Below, piece by piece: positions 10,551 to 18,561 of a stretch of DNA of 42,047 nt. The notes under the pieces are model-generated. The model made no database searches, was not told the origin of the DNA, and worked only from the letters and a program-made list of their open reading frames with translations. The stretch comes from Candidatus Sungbacteria bacterium RIFCSPHIGHO2_01_FULL_50_25. Its GTDB lineage: Bacteria; Patescibacteriota; Minisyncoccia; Sungbacterales; HO2-52-23. The position numbers were made by a program, and so were the translations under genes. The DNA lies in contig MHQD01000026.1 in assembly GCA_001822215.1 (NCBI GenBank), forward strand, positions 1 to 42,047, in the 5' to 3' direction. Numbering within the stretch: the first letter of the stretch is position 1; each line of letters starts with the position of its first letter.

Positions 10551-10798
10551 GGCCATCTCCTTGCCCCAAGAGGGGGCGGGTTAACGGGTCAAGCACACAA
10601 AGGTGCCACCCGCCCGTACGAGTGGCACCTCCCTACATTTCTGCAGGGGGACCGCTCGTACTCAGGAATGCCGTATCTTAGCTGTTTTCCAGCACTTCCG
10701 AAGAAGCACCTTTAACAGTTCAGATTAAATGGCTGGTAATTACTTAGGGAACATACACACATTATACAGGAAATAGACAAAAAGGTCAAGTTATTGTG

Positions 10799-10804
10799 TA
10801 TAAT
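10799..10804 (+). promoter_or_regulatory. candidate -10 box (TATAAT) upstream of the DHH-like gene
   Basis: A perfect TATAAT at 10799-10804, preceded by TGTG. TAGACA lies 19 nt upstream. It sits 75 nt before the ATG at 10880. Confidence 0.4.
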
Positions 10805-10879
10805 CTATCCTGTGCGTAACCCTTCGTTGACTCACCCGCGCAATCGCGCTACGAATGGGAACACTTTATAGCGACCAGT

Positions 10880-11989
10880 ATGGACATATCCCGCGCAATT
10901 GATTTTTTGGAAAAAGGAGAGCACGTCGGGCTGTTGCTTCCGGAGCATCCGCCGCTTGACGTCCTTGCCGCGGCGGAAGTGCTTTCGCGCGCGCTTTCAA
11001 AACGGAACAAAACCGTCGGGTTTCTCCACGCGATAGAAATCCCGCGCTACGCAGGAAACGCCAGATTCCCTTTTTTGGAAAAAACGCAAAAGCTCCCGAA
11101 AGAATTCGTGATATCGCTCGATACCGCGCGCTCCCCCGCGTCCGAGCTTCGCTACGAAAAAACGGATTCGAGAATCGACGTCATCTTCTCCCCCAGAAGC
11201 TCGGTGATCCAGCAAGAGCACGTTTCGTTCCGAGAAGGGAAACTTCAGTGCGATTCCATACTCTCCCTTGGCATATCGAATATTGAATCGGTTTCCGGCG
11301 CAATCGCGGATGACCCGGATATTTTTACGCGGACCCCGATTGTCGCAATCACCTCCTCAAAGAACCCGAAACCCTTCGGCGAAATTTCTATTGCCGAAGA
11401 GCGGCCACATTCGGAGATCGCCTATTCCATCGTAGGCGCGCTTGAAAAACTTCCCCCCGAAGAACACGAGGCAACGCTTCTCTTGGCCGGAATCCTTGCG
11501 GCAACCCGGGGGCTTACCGCACGCTCGCTCGCCCCGGAAACCGTGCTTGTGGTTTCTGAACTCATGCGCGCGGGCGCTGATATTTCCGAGGCGCTCGCGC
11601 TTTCGCGCGAGCGAAAGCCCCTCTCCTTGGTCCAGCTCATCGGACGCGCGCATGTCCGCTCAAAAAGCGATTTTGATGACCGGGTGTTTTGGTCGTTTCT
11701 TACGTCGGAGGATTTTGAAAAAACAGGACGCGACGAATCAGACGCCCCTGAGGTCTTACGCGCGCTTTCCCGGGAAGTCCCGTGGGAGCGGGCGCTCGTA
11801 CTCCTTTTCCAAAGCGCGAAAGACTCTCGCGTTCGCGGGTACGTCGCGGGAGACGACGCTGTTCTTGCGCGGATTTCCGAATCAAGGGGGAGCGAATGGA
11901 TTGACGGCGGTATCCTCCTCCCGCACACGTTTGAAACATTCAAAGAAGCGGAAGACGTCGTCGGTTCGTTGCTCGGGTACGCTCTTTGA
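10880..11989 (+). CDS. DHH/NrnA-like phosphoesterase family protein with degenerate catalytic motifs
   Basis: 369 aa with NrnA-like layout and size. Motif I reads LLLPEHPPLDVLAAAEVL instead of H-x-x-PDGDA-x-GS, and I could not find a DHH triad. Confidence 0.5.
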   Translation: MDISRAIDFLEKGEHVGLLLPEHPPLDVLAAAEVLSRALSKRNKTVGFLHAIEIPRYAGNARFPFLEKTQKLPKEFVISLDTARSPASELRYEKTDSRIDVIFSPRSSVIQQEHVSFREGKLQCDSILSLGISNIESVSGAIADDPDIFTRTPIVAITSSKNPKPFGEISIAEERPHSEIAYSIVGALEKLPPEEHEATLLLAGILAATRGLTARSLAPETVLVVSELMRAGADISEALALSRERKPLSLVQLIGRAHVRSKSDFDDRVFWSFLTSEDFEKTGRDESDAPEVLRALSREVPWERALVLLFQSAKDSRVRGYVAGDDAVLARISESRGSEWIDGGILLPHTFETFKEAEDVVGSLLGYAL

Positions 11990-12055
11990 AATACAATGGG
12001 ATAAGCCAGCCAAGTTTTGCGCTCACCACGCGCGCGCTGACGACTGGCGCTTTTC

Positions 12056-13723
12056 ATGCCTGATATCTCTGATGAAAAATTCAATCGCCGCCTCGCGTCC
12101 CTTCGAAAAAAGGAATCGGAAGACGTGGCGAAAATTGTTGCGGATCGCTACAAGCTTCCGTACATAAACCTTTTGTTATTTCCGGTTGAGATCGATGCGG
12201 TGAAAATCCTCCCGGAAGAGCGCGCTCGTTTCGGCGAATGCCTCGTATTCCAGGCAGTCGGGCGGCATATAAAAATCGCGGTGCGGAATCCCGACCGTGA
12301 AGAGACGCAAGGGGTCCTGAAGCATCTCGAGGAAGACCGGTATACGGTTGAGGTGTATATCGGGTCAAAAGAAGGATTGGAACATGGCTGGGAATTTTAC
12401 CGAAAGGTCCCCTCGGAAGAGCACACCGAGGCGGGCGCGGTCCGGGTATCGAGCGAGAAGATAAACTCAATCCGCGAGATGCTGAAAGACATCTCTGCGG
12501 TGAAAGAGCGCATCGAACGGACATTTTACGGAAGAACAACGGATTCTCTCGAGGTATTGATTGCGGGATCCCTTGCGGTCAATGCGTCTGACATTCACAT
12601 CGAGCCCCAGCTTGAGACCGCGCGGCTCCGCTACCGCATGGACGGAGTCTTGCAAGACGTGATCGAGCTTCCGAAAAAACTCTATACGCTGCTCCTTTCG
12701 CGGATTAAGCTCATTTCCGAAATGAAATTGAATATCCACGATCAGGCGCAGGACGGACGCTTCACGATCAAGACGAATATTGAAATCGAGGTCCGCGCAT
12801 CCATGCTTCCCGGACCCTACGGAGAAAATATCGTTCTTCGGATATTGAATCCGGAATCAATCCGCGTGACATTCGAAGAAATGGGCATGCGGCCGTGGAT
12901 GATCAAGGATCTCGACCGGGAACTTAGGCGCCCGAACGGCATGATTCTCACAACCGGCCCCACGGGATCAGGGAAAACAACGACGCTCTATGCGTTTATC
13001 CAGAAAGTGTACAACCCGGAGGTAAAAGTCATCACCATTGAAGACCCGATCGAATACCATCTGAAGGGGATTGAGCAAACGCAGGTTCACCCGGAGGAGG
13101 GGTATGACTTCGCGCGCGGACTTCGTTCGATCGTGCGCCAGGACCCGGACGTCATCCTCGTCGGAGAAATCCGCGATCTCGAGACCGCGGAAACCGCGAT
13201 GAACGCGGCGCTCACCGGGCACCTCGTCTTCTCGACCCTGCACACGAATAACGCCGCGGGAACCGTGCCTCGCTTGATAAACCTCGGCGTGAACCCCGCA
13301 ATCATCGCGCCCGCCATAAACGTTTCCATGGCACAGCGCCTGGTGCGCCGCCTCTGCAACGACTGCAAAACAAAAACGAATATTGGCGCGCCGCTTGAGA
13401 AACGAATCGCAGACGAGCTCAAAGACCTTCCGAAAACAATCCCGCTCCCCCCAAAAGAAGAATGGAACGTGTCGGAGGCGCGCACGGATGGCGACTGCAA
13501 AACCTGCAACGGCATCGGCTATAAGGGGCGCATCGCCGTATTTGAAATCATCTTGATCGATGAGAAAATCCAGGAGCTTATTTTGAAATCGCCCTCGGAA
13601 TATGAAATCAAGCGCGAGGCGCGCCGCCAGGGGCAGATGACGCTTCGCGAAGACGGAATATTGAAAATAATCGCCGGGGTCACGAATTTTAACGAGGTCG
13701 ATCGCGTCATAGGAACTGAATAA
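12056..13723 (+). CDS. type II/IV secretion (PilB/GspE family) hexameric ATPase
   Basis: 555 aa. It has Walker A GPTGSGKTTT, the Asp box ITIEDPIEY, Walker B DPDVILVGEIRD, the His box GHLVFSTLHTN and a tetracysteine motif CNDC...CKTC. Confidence 0.92.
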   Translation: MPDISDEKFNRRLASLRKKESEDVAKIVADRYKLPYINLLLFPVEIDAVKILPEERARFGECLVFQAVGRHIKIAVRNPDREETQGVLKHLEEDRYTVEVYIGSKEGLEHGWEFYRKVPSEEHTEAGAVRVSSEKINSIREMLKDISAVKERIERTFYGRTTDSLEVLIAGSLAVNASDIHIEPQLETARLRYRMDGVLQDVIELPKKLYTLLLSRIKLISEMKLNIHDQAQDGRFTIKTNIEIEVRASMLPGPYGENIVLRILNPESIRVTFEEMGMRPWMIKDLDRELRRPNGMILTTGPTGSGKTTTLYAFIQKVYNPEVKVITIEDPIEYHLKGIEQTQVHPEEGYDFARGLRSIVRQDPDVILVGEIRDLETAETAMNAALTGHLVFSTLHTNNAAGTVPRLINLGVNPAIIAPAINVSMAQRLVRRLCNDCKTKTNIGAPLEKRIADELKDLPKTIPLPPKEEWNVSEARTDGDCKTCNGIGYKGRIAVFEIILIDEKIQELILKSPSEYEIKREARRQGQMTLREDGILKIIAGVTNFNEVDRVIGTE

Positions 13724-13727
13724 AAAA

Positions 13728-13927
13728 TGCCGGCCGAGGCCGTGGACAATTACTCCGGTATAGGAACACGGAGGTTAGGATTGTTCCCAGGCACTGTCCA
13801 GCTCGCTACACTCGATATATCGAAATTTCGAAATATCAAGTACGGAGAACCAGACAGCCCTGGTGTAACAATCCCCTTTAAGGCGCCTCGTGAGATTTGC
13901 CTTAATTGTCCACGACCTCGATCGGCA
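13728..13927 (+). ncRNA. candidate rod-shaped structured RNA with 6S-like architecture (alternatively a MITE-like inverted-repeat element)
   Basis: The closing stem pairs 13728-13752 with 13903-13927: 12 contiguous bp (CGTGGACAATTA/TAATTGTCCACG) plus 11 more pairs including one G:U. A large internal loop follows (25 nt 5' side, 28 nt 3' side). The inner stems are GGATTGTT/AACAATCC (13778-85 with 13867-74), CCAGG/CCTGG and CTGTC/GACAG. The apical region is AT-rich. An intrinsic terminator follows immediately. Confidence 0.35.
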
Positions 13928-13936
13928 CTACGATAT

Positions 13937-13959
13937 TAAAAAGGGGTCATCCCCCTTTT
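13937..13959 (+). terminator. intrinsic terminator
   Basis: AAAAAGGGG-TCAT-CCCCCTTTT. This is a short GC stem flanked by an A-tract and a T-tract, lying between the PilB-type gene with its RNA candidate and ruvB. Confidence 0.6.
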
Positions 13960-14003
13960 CATCTCTCATATGAATACGCCCATTATATCACTAAAACTAC
14001 CGC

Positions 14004-15023
14004 ATGTCAACTGACGGAGATGTCGCGAAAAAGAAGGAGCGCGACGACCCCGCGCTTGATCTTGCGCTCCGGCCGAAGGAATGGGCGGAGTATATCGGCC
14101 AAGACCACGTGAAAAAAAATCTCCGCGTTTTTATCGATGCTGCGAAAAAACGCGGAGAGCCGCTTGAGCACGTTCTCCTGTCCGGCCCGGCCGGACTCGG
14201 AAAAACGTCTTTGGCCCACCTTGTCGCAAGAGAGATGAATACGAATATACGCGTGACCTCGGGCCCCGCGATAGAGCGCGTGGGAGATCTTGCATCAATC
14301 CTCACAAACCTCATGCCGGGAGATATTCTTTTTATCGACGAGGTTCACCGCCTGAACAAACTTATCGAGGAGGTGCTCTATCCTGCGATGGAATCAAGGA
14401 CTCTTGATATCATTATCGGGAAGGGCCCCTCGGCGCGCACCATCCAGATTGAATTGCCTCCGTTCACCCTTATTGCCGCAACGACTCGCGCGGGGCTTTT
14501 ATCCGGGCCGCTTCGATCGCGATTTGGCGCAAGCTACCGGCTTACTTTTTACACCGCTGAAGATTTGGGGACTATTGTTTCCCGCTCCGCGCGGCTTTTG
14601 AGAACGCCAATCGACGCGGATGCAATCGCGCGCATTGCGCGCTCGTCGCGGTTCACCCCGCGCGTCGCAAACCGGCTCCTTAAGCGCTGCCGCGACTGGG
14701 CCCAGGTCCACGGCACCGGAACCATCACCGACGAGACCGCGCAAAAGATGCTCGCGCTCCTTGAAATCGACGACCTTGGGCTTGAGCCGATGGACAGGCG
14801 GATTCTCGACGTTGTCGTGACAACGTTTTCCGGCGGGCCCGTGGGGCTTCAGGCGCTTGCGGCCGCGACAAGCGAGGAAGAAGATACTATTGTGGAGGTC
14901 TACGAGCCGTATCTCATGCAATTGGGGTTTCTTGAGCGAACGCCCCGCGGCCGGGTTGCCACAGAGCGCGCGTACTCCCACCTCGGGCGCTCTCTGCCCG
15001 TCCAAAAACCGCTCATCACCTAA
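14004..15023 (+). CDS. ruvB: Holliday junction DNA helicase RuvB
   Basis: 339 aa. It has Walker [12 protein letters not shown], Walker [11 protein letters not shown] and sensor/arginine motifs ([17 protein letters not shown]). Confidence 0.97.
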   Translation: MSTDGDVAKKKERDDPALDLALRPKEWAEYIGQDHVKKNLRVFIDAAKKRGEPLEHVLLSGPAGLGKTSLAHLVAREMNTNIRVTSGPAIERVGDLASILTNLMPGDILFIDEVHRLNKLIEEVLYPAMESRTLDIIIGKGPSARTIQIELPPFTLIAATTRAGLLSGPLRSRFGASYRLTFYTAEDLGTIVSRSARLLRTPIDADAIARIARSSRFTPRVANRLLKRCRDWAQVHGTGTITDETAQKMLALLEIDDLGLEPMDRRILDVVVTTFSGGPVGLQALAAATSEEEDTIVEVYEPYLMQLGFLERTPRGRVATERAYSHLGRSLPVQKPLIT

Positions 15024-15027
15024 CCAC

Positions 15028-15240
15028 ATGCTATTCTCGTTTTTCTCAATTGCCTTCCTCGTCTTCTGGGTGCTCTATATTTTTTTTACGGCTTCCATGA
15101 TATACCACATCACCCGGTTTTCCGTTCCGGGGCACCGGGCCCCGAAACTCATTTCTTTGATTTTCATCATCCTCTCGTTCCTTTTATTCGTCCTTTCATC
15201 GTTTTTTTTGTTCGAACTGTACGTGACTTCGCCGAAATAG
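15028..15240 (+). CDS. small hypothetical membrane protein (70 aa)
   Basis: The internal ATG of ORF 14857..15240 lies 4 nt after the ruvB stop. Two hydrophobic helices are present (MLFSFFSIAFLVFWVLYIFF, LISLIFIILSFLLFVLSSFFLF). Confidence 0.5.
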   Translation: MLFSFFSIAFLVFWVLYIFFTASMIYHITRFSVPGHRAPKLISLIFIILSFLLFVLSSFFLFELYVTSPK

Positions 15241-15241
15241 C

Positions 15242-15787
15242 ATGATCTCTCTTTACGAAAACGAAAAAATCCTCATCATTGTATGGAAACATTGGTTCGT
15301 CATGCTCCGCACCCTCCTTTTGTTTTTGGGGATTCTTTTGTTCCCCGTTGTTGTGATGCTCTTTCTTCCGTACGCCGAGCGCTTCTTCCCTCCCGAGCTT
15401 TTCCGTCCGGCGACAAACTTTTTCCTCGTGCTCTATTTCGCGCTCCTTGCCGCGTTTTTGTTCCACGAATGGATTGACTACTTTCTTGATACGTGGATCA
15501 TCACGACGAAACGCATCATCGACGTTGAACAACACGGGCTTTTCAGCCGCGAGGTGTCAGAAATCCCGCTTTCTCGCGTACAGGACATCACGATCGAGGT
15601 CCACGGCATTATCGAGACCCTTCTCGGGTTCGGAACAATCCGGATACAAACCGCGGGCGAGCGAGATTTTTATATTCATGACGTTCCCCGCCTCCAGACG
15701 CTCAAAGATCTTATTATGCAGTCTGCGGGTGCGGGAAAGATGGCGGCGGCCGACGAGCGCGCGCTCGCTCAAAAACCGCAAGAGTAA
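15242..15787 (+). CDS. bacterial PH-domain (YdbS/YdbT-like) membrane protein
   Basis: 181 aa. Two N-terminal TM helices are followed by TWIITTKRIIDVEQHGLFSREVSEIPLSRVQDITIEVHGIIETLLGFGTIRIQTAG, the bPH_2-type motif. Confidence 0.72.
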   Translation: MISLYENEKILIIVWKHWFVMLRTLLLFLGILLFPVVVMLFLPYAERFFPPELFRPATNFFLVLYFALLAAFLFHEWIDYFLDTWIITTKRIIDVEQHGLFSREVSEIPLSRVQDITIEVHGIIETLLGFGTIRIQTAGERDFYIHDVPRLQTLKDLIMQSAGAGKMAAADERALAQKPQE

Positions 15788-15792
15788 AAACC

Positions 15793-16536
15793 ATGTCGGG
15801 GCATTCGAAGTGGGCGCAAATAAAGCATAAGAAGGCGACGACCGACCAGAAACGCGGAATCCTTTTTTCGAAAATCGCGCGGGAAATCACTGTCGCGGCG
15901 CGCGCGGGATCTGTCGATCCCGCGACAAACCAGCGCCTTCGCGCGGCGATTGAACGCGCGCGCTCATTTGGCATTCCGAAAGAAAACGTCGAGCGCGCGA
16001 TTGAGCGCGCGTCTGGAGCGGCTGGCGCAGAATCACTCCACGAATTTCTCTGCGAAGCCCTTGGCCCGAAAGGAATCCTTGTTATCATAGAAGGCATTAC
16101 CGACAACAAAAACAGGTCGCTCGCAGAGATACGCCTTGTCCTTTCCCGGCACGGCGCAAGGCCCGCAGACCCGGGATCCATTCTTTGGAATTTTGAAAAA
16201 CGCGGGTCGTTCGAGGCTGACCTTTCCGTGACCAAAGGACCGGCGCTCGATGATATTGAGCTTGCGATTATCGACGCCGGCGCGACTGATATTAAAAAAG
16301 ATGATTCCTGCTGGGTCATAGAATCAACTCCGTCCCAGATCGAAGGGGTACGAAGCGCCCTGGCCTCGCGCGGGATCGCCGCAAAAGAGACGGCTTTCGT
16401 CTACCACGCAAAAACCAGCGCATCCCCGTCTCCAGAAAGCGAAAAAATGCTTCACGATCTTGTTGAGGCGCTTGAGGGCCTTGATGACGTCCAAAACGTA
16501 TACACGAATAGCAACGGCGATACAAGTGATTTATGA
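15793..16536 (+). CDS. yebC: YebC/PmpR family DNA-binding transcriptional regulator
   Basis: It has the highly conserved N-terminus MSGHSKWAQIKHKKATTDQKRGILFSKIAREITVAAR. It sits directly upstream of ruvC, as in many bacteria. Confidence 0.95.
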   Translation: MSGHSKWAQIKHKKATTDQKRGILFSKIAREITVAARAGSVDPATNQRLRAAIERARSFGIPKENVERAIERASGAAGAESLHEFLCEALGPKGILVIIEGITDNKNRSLAEIRLVLSRHGARPADPGSILWNFEKRGSFEADLSVTKGPALDDIELAIIDAGATDIKKDDSCWVIESTPSQIEGVRSALASRGIAAKETAFVYHAKTSASPSPESEKMLHDLVEALEGLDDVQNVYTNSNGDTSDL

Positions 16537-17027
16537 TTATTCTCGGAATAGACCCGGGCACAACCGCTACTGGATACGCTGTTCTTGACTGCGCTGTTTC
16601 GAAACCCGTCCTTCTTGAATCGGGGCTTTTGCGCGCGCCGCGGGACAGCGCCCAGGCGCGCCTTACGGGTATTCACGATTCCCTCACCTCGATCATTCGA
16701 AAGTGGCGGCCGTCCTCTCTCGCGGTCGAGAAACTATACTTTGAAAAGAACAAAAAGACGGCGATGGCGGTTTCAGAAACCCGTGGAATAATCCTCTTGA
16801 CAGCCGCAATTCAAAAAATTACACTCTCGGAGTATAGTCCGCTTGAGGTGAAAAAGGCCGTCACGGGATACGGGCGCGCGGAAAAACCGGCGGTTGAAAA
16901 AATAATACGCTTTTCGGTCGCGGGGGCTGAATCGATGAACGCAAAAGACGACGTATTCGACGCAATCGCGATCGCCTTCACCGACCACCTGCTGGGAAAA
17001 TTCAGAAGCCGACAAAATACAAAATAA
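16533..17027 (+). CDS. ruvC: crossover junction endodeoxyribonuclease RuvC
   Basis: 164 aa. MIILGIDPGTTATGYAVLD is the RNase H-fold catalytic start. There is a 4-nt overlap with yebC. Confidence 0.95.
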   Translation: MIILGIDPGTTATGYAVLDCAVSKPVLLESGLLRAPRDSAQARLTGIHDSLTSIIRKWRPSSLAVEKLYFEKNKKTAMAVSETRGIILLTAAIQKITLSEYSPLEVKKAVTGYGRAEKPAVEKIIRFSVAGAESMNAKDDVFDAIAIAFTDHLLGKFRSRQNTK

Positions 17028-17081
17028 TTAAATAAAGGTCGAGTTTCGCTATCGCTTTGATAAGCGAACGAACCAATACGT

Positions 17082-17201
17082 ATGGATCAAGACATTTCAA
17101 ACTACGACGAAGAGGAGGACGTCGACTACGAGGACGACTACGACGAAGAGGAAGAGGACGACAAAGAGGATACAGACGACCTTGAGGGCGACGAGGAATA
17201 G
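17082..17201 (+). CDS. candidate 39-aa hyper-acidic micro-ORF
   Basis: Hand translation: MDQDISNYDEEEDVDYEDDYDEEEEDDKEDTDDLEGDEE*. The GAN codons are strictly in frame and the ORF is followed by a strong terminator. No SD was recognised. It is too short for the ORF track. Confidence 0.35.
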   Translation: MDQDISNYDEEEDVDYEDDYDEEEEDDKEDTDDLEGDEE

Positions 17202-17214
17202 ACAAAAAAGAACG

Positions 17215-17246
17215 AAAATACTCCGGCCGGGCCGGAGTATTTTTTT
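17215..17246. terminator. bidirectional intrinsic terminator between the acidic micro-ORF/ruvC and tyrS
   Basis: TACTCCGGC (17219-27) pairs with GCCGGAGTA (17231-39) around a 3-nt loop. An A-run lies upstream and TTTTTTT downstream. Confidence 0.75.
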
Positions 17247-17263
17247 ACATACCCGCTCGCGGA

Positions 17264-18463
17264 CTATTTGACTTTATAAAACCGTTTTTTTCCTACTCGG
17301 ATGACGATTCCTTGCTTCACCTCTATGCGCCCGCGGGAGCCCAGTATCTCCCCGTCCACCTCGACAGCGCCCTGCGTAATGAGCCGCCGTGCTTCCGACC
17401 TTGAAGAAACGGCGCCGGTGCCCACGACCACGGAAATGCCGTCTTGGTCTCCGTATGCGAGCGCCACCGCCGGAATCCCGTCGGAAATTTCTTTTTTGGA
17501 GAACAACGACATAAAGTGCTCTTTCTCTTTTTTGGCTTGTACCTCTCCGTGATAGCGACGCACGATGGCGCACGCAAGGAACAATTTTGCCTGCATCGGG
17601 TTTTCTCCGCGCCGCACCCTCTCGCGCCACGCTTCGATATCCGAAAGAGGGATATCGGTGTAGATCGCCATATAGTCACACACGAGGGCGTCGGGAAGCG
17701 TCATTGTTTTCCCGAATTTTTCCCGGGGAGAATCTTCGATCGCGATATAGTTTTTTTCCGATTTGGACATCTTCTCTTTTCCATCAAGACCCGGGAGGAG
17801 CGTGAGCGTCACGATTGCCTGCGGGGCCGTTCCGAGTTTTTCCTGAAAAAATCTTCCCATCGCTTCATTAAAAAGCTGGTCCGAGCCGACAATCGTACAA
17901 TCTGATTTGAGCATATATGAATCGTAGCCCTGGAGCACGGGGTAGAGGAATTCGTGCATGTAAATTTCGTCTCCTTTCCGGATCCGCTCTCGGAACATAT
18001 CCCGCTCGATGAGGCGCGCGTGGGTAATGAACGAAAGGATTTTCATAAACTCTCCGGCCTTCATCGCGCCGAACCATTCTGAGTTGCGGCGGAATTCAAG
18101 AACATTTTTATCTGGGATGAGGATTTTTTTAACCTGTGCTTGAATGCGAAGTGCGTTTTTATCTATTTCTTTCTGCGGGATCACCGGCCTCGTCTTTGAC
18201 CTGCCGGTCGGGTCACCGATTCTCGTAGTAAAATCTCCCAGGAGGAGCTGAACCTTGTGGCCGTATTCTTGGAGCGCGCGAAGCTTCCAAAGGGTTGTTG
18301 CGTGGCCGATATGCAAAAACGGCGCGGTCGCGTCAATGCCGAGCTTTATTTTAAGCTTTTTCTTTTTTTGAAGCGCGTCGCGAAGCGCTTCTTCGCCGAT
18401 AATCCGGTCCACCCCCCGCTTGAATATTTCAGACGAGAGAGTGAGGACGTCACTCTTTTTCAT
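17264..18463 (-). CDS. tyrS: tyrosine--tRNA ligase
   Basis: 399 aa. It has the class I motifs HIGH (PFLHIGHA) and KMSKS, and a C-terminal S4-like domain (RRLITQGAVEVDGEIL). Confidence 0.93.
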   Translation of the reverse strand: MKKSDVLTLSSEIFKRGVDRIIGEEALRDALQKKKKLKIKLGIDATAPFLHIGHATTLWKLRALQEYGHKVQLLLGDFTTRIGDPTGRSKTRPVIPQKEIDKNALRIQAQVKKILIPDKNVLEFRRNSEWFGAMKAGEFMKILSFITHARLIERDMFRERIRKGDEIYMHEFLYPVLQGYDSYMLKSDCTIVGSDQLFNEAMGRFFQEKLGTAPQAIVTLTLLPGLDGKEKMSKSEKNYIAIEDSPREKFGKTMTLPDALVCDYMAIYTDIPLSDIEAWRERVRRGENPMQAKLFLACAIVRRYHGEVQAKKEKEHFMSLFSKKEISDGIPAVALAYGDQDGISVVVGTGAVSSRSEARRLITQGAVEVDGEILGSRGRIEVKQGIVIRVGKKRFYKVK

Positions 18464-18561
18464 GCCATTCGATAATCCATACGTAGACTATTCCATATAA
18501 TCACATATCGTAGCAAACTCTTCAAGCGAATAACGGCGCGGCGGCTGGATTTTTTCACTGT

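Noticed and set aside
9675-10715. 346-aa plus-strand ORF covering the whole GC-rich island
   Set aside because: It is an antisense shadow of the minus-strand glycine-zipper gene. The product is Arg/Pro/His-rich with no SD or signal peptide, whereas the minus ORF has AAGGAG, a signal peptide and a recognisable Gly zipper.
11422-12167. Two long overlapping ORFs (11422..12084 minus, 11442..12167 plus) inside and after the DHH-like gene
   Set aside because: Both are Arg/Ser-rich out-of-frame or antisense readings of 10880..11989. The plus one also runs through the well-supported PilB-type start.
14499-16319. Antisense ORFs 14499..15029 (176 aa) and 15714..16319 (201 aa)
   Set aside because: They lie opposite ruvB and yebC, both of which carry unmistakable conserved motifs. 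Their composition is that of a shadow ORF.
17002-17205. 67-aa minus-strand ORF between ruvC and tyrS
   Set aside because: It is an Arg/Pro-rich antisense reading of the GAN-repeat region. It would be transcribed into the ruvC 3' end. The acidic plus-strand micro-ORF is the more plausible reading, though still uncertain.
18464-18561. T-box or other riboswitch leader upstream of tyrS
   Set aside because: Only about 100 nt are available, and no specifier-loop or T-box (AGGGUGGNACCGCG-like) sequence is present.
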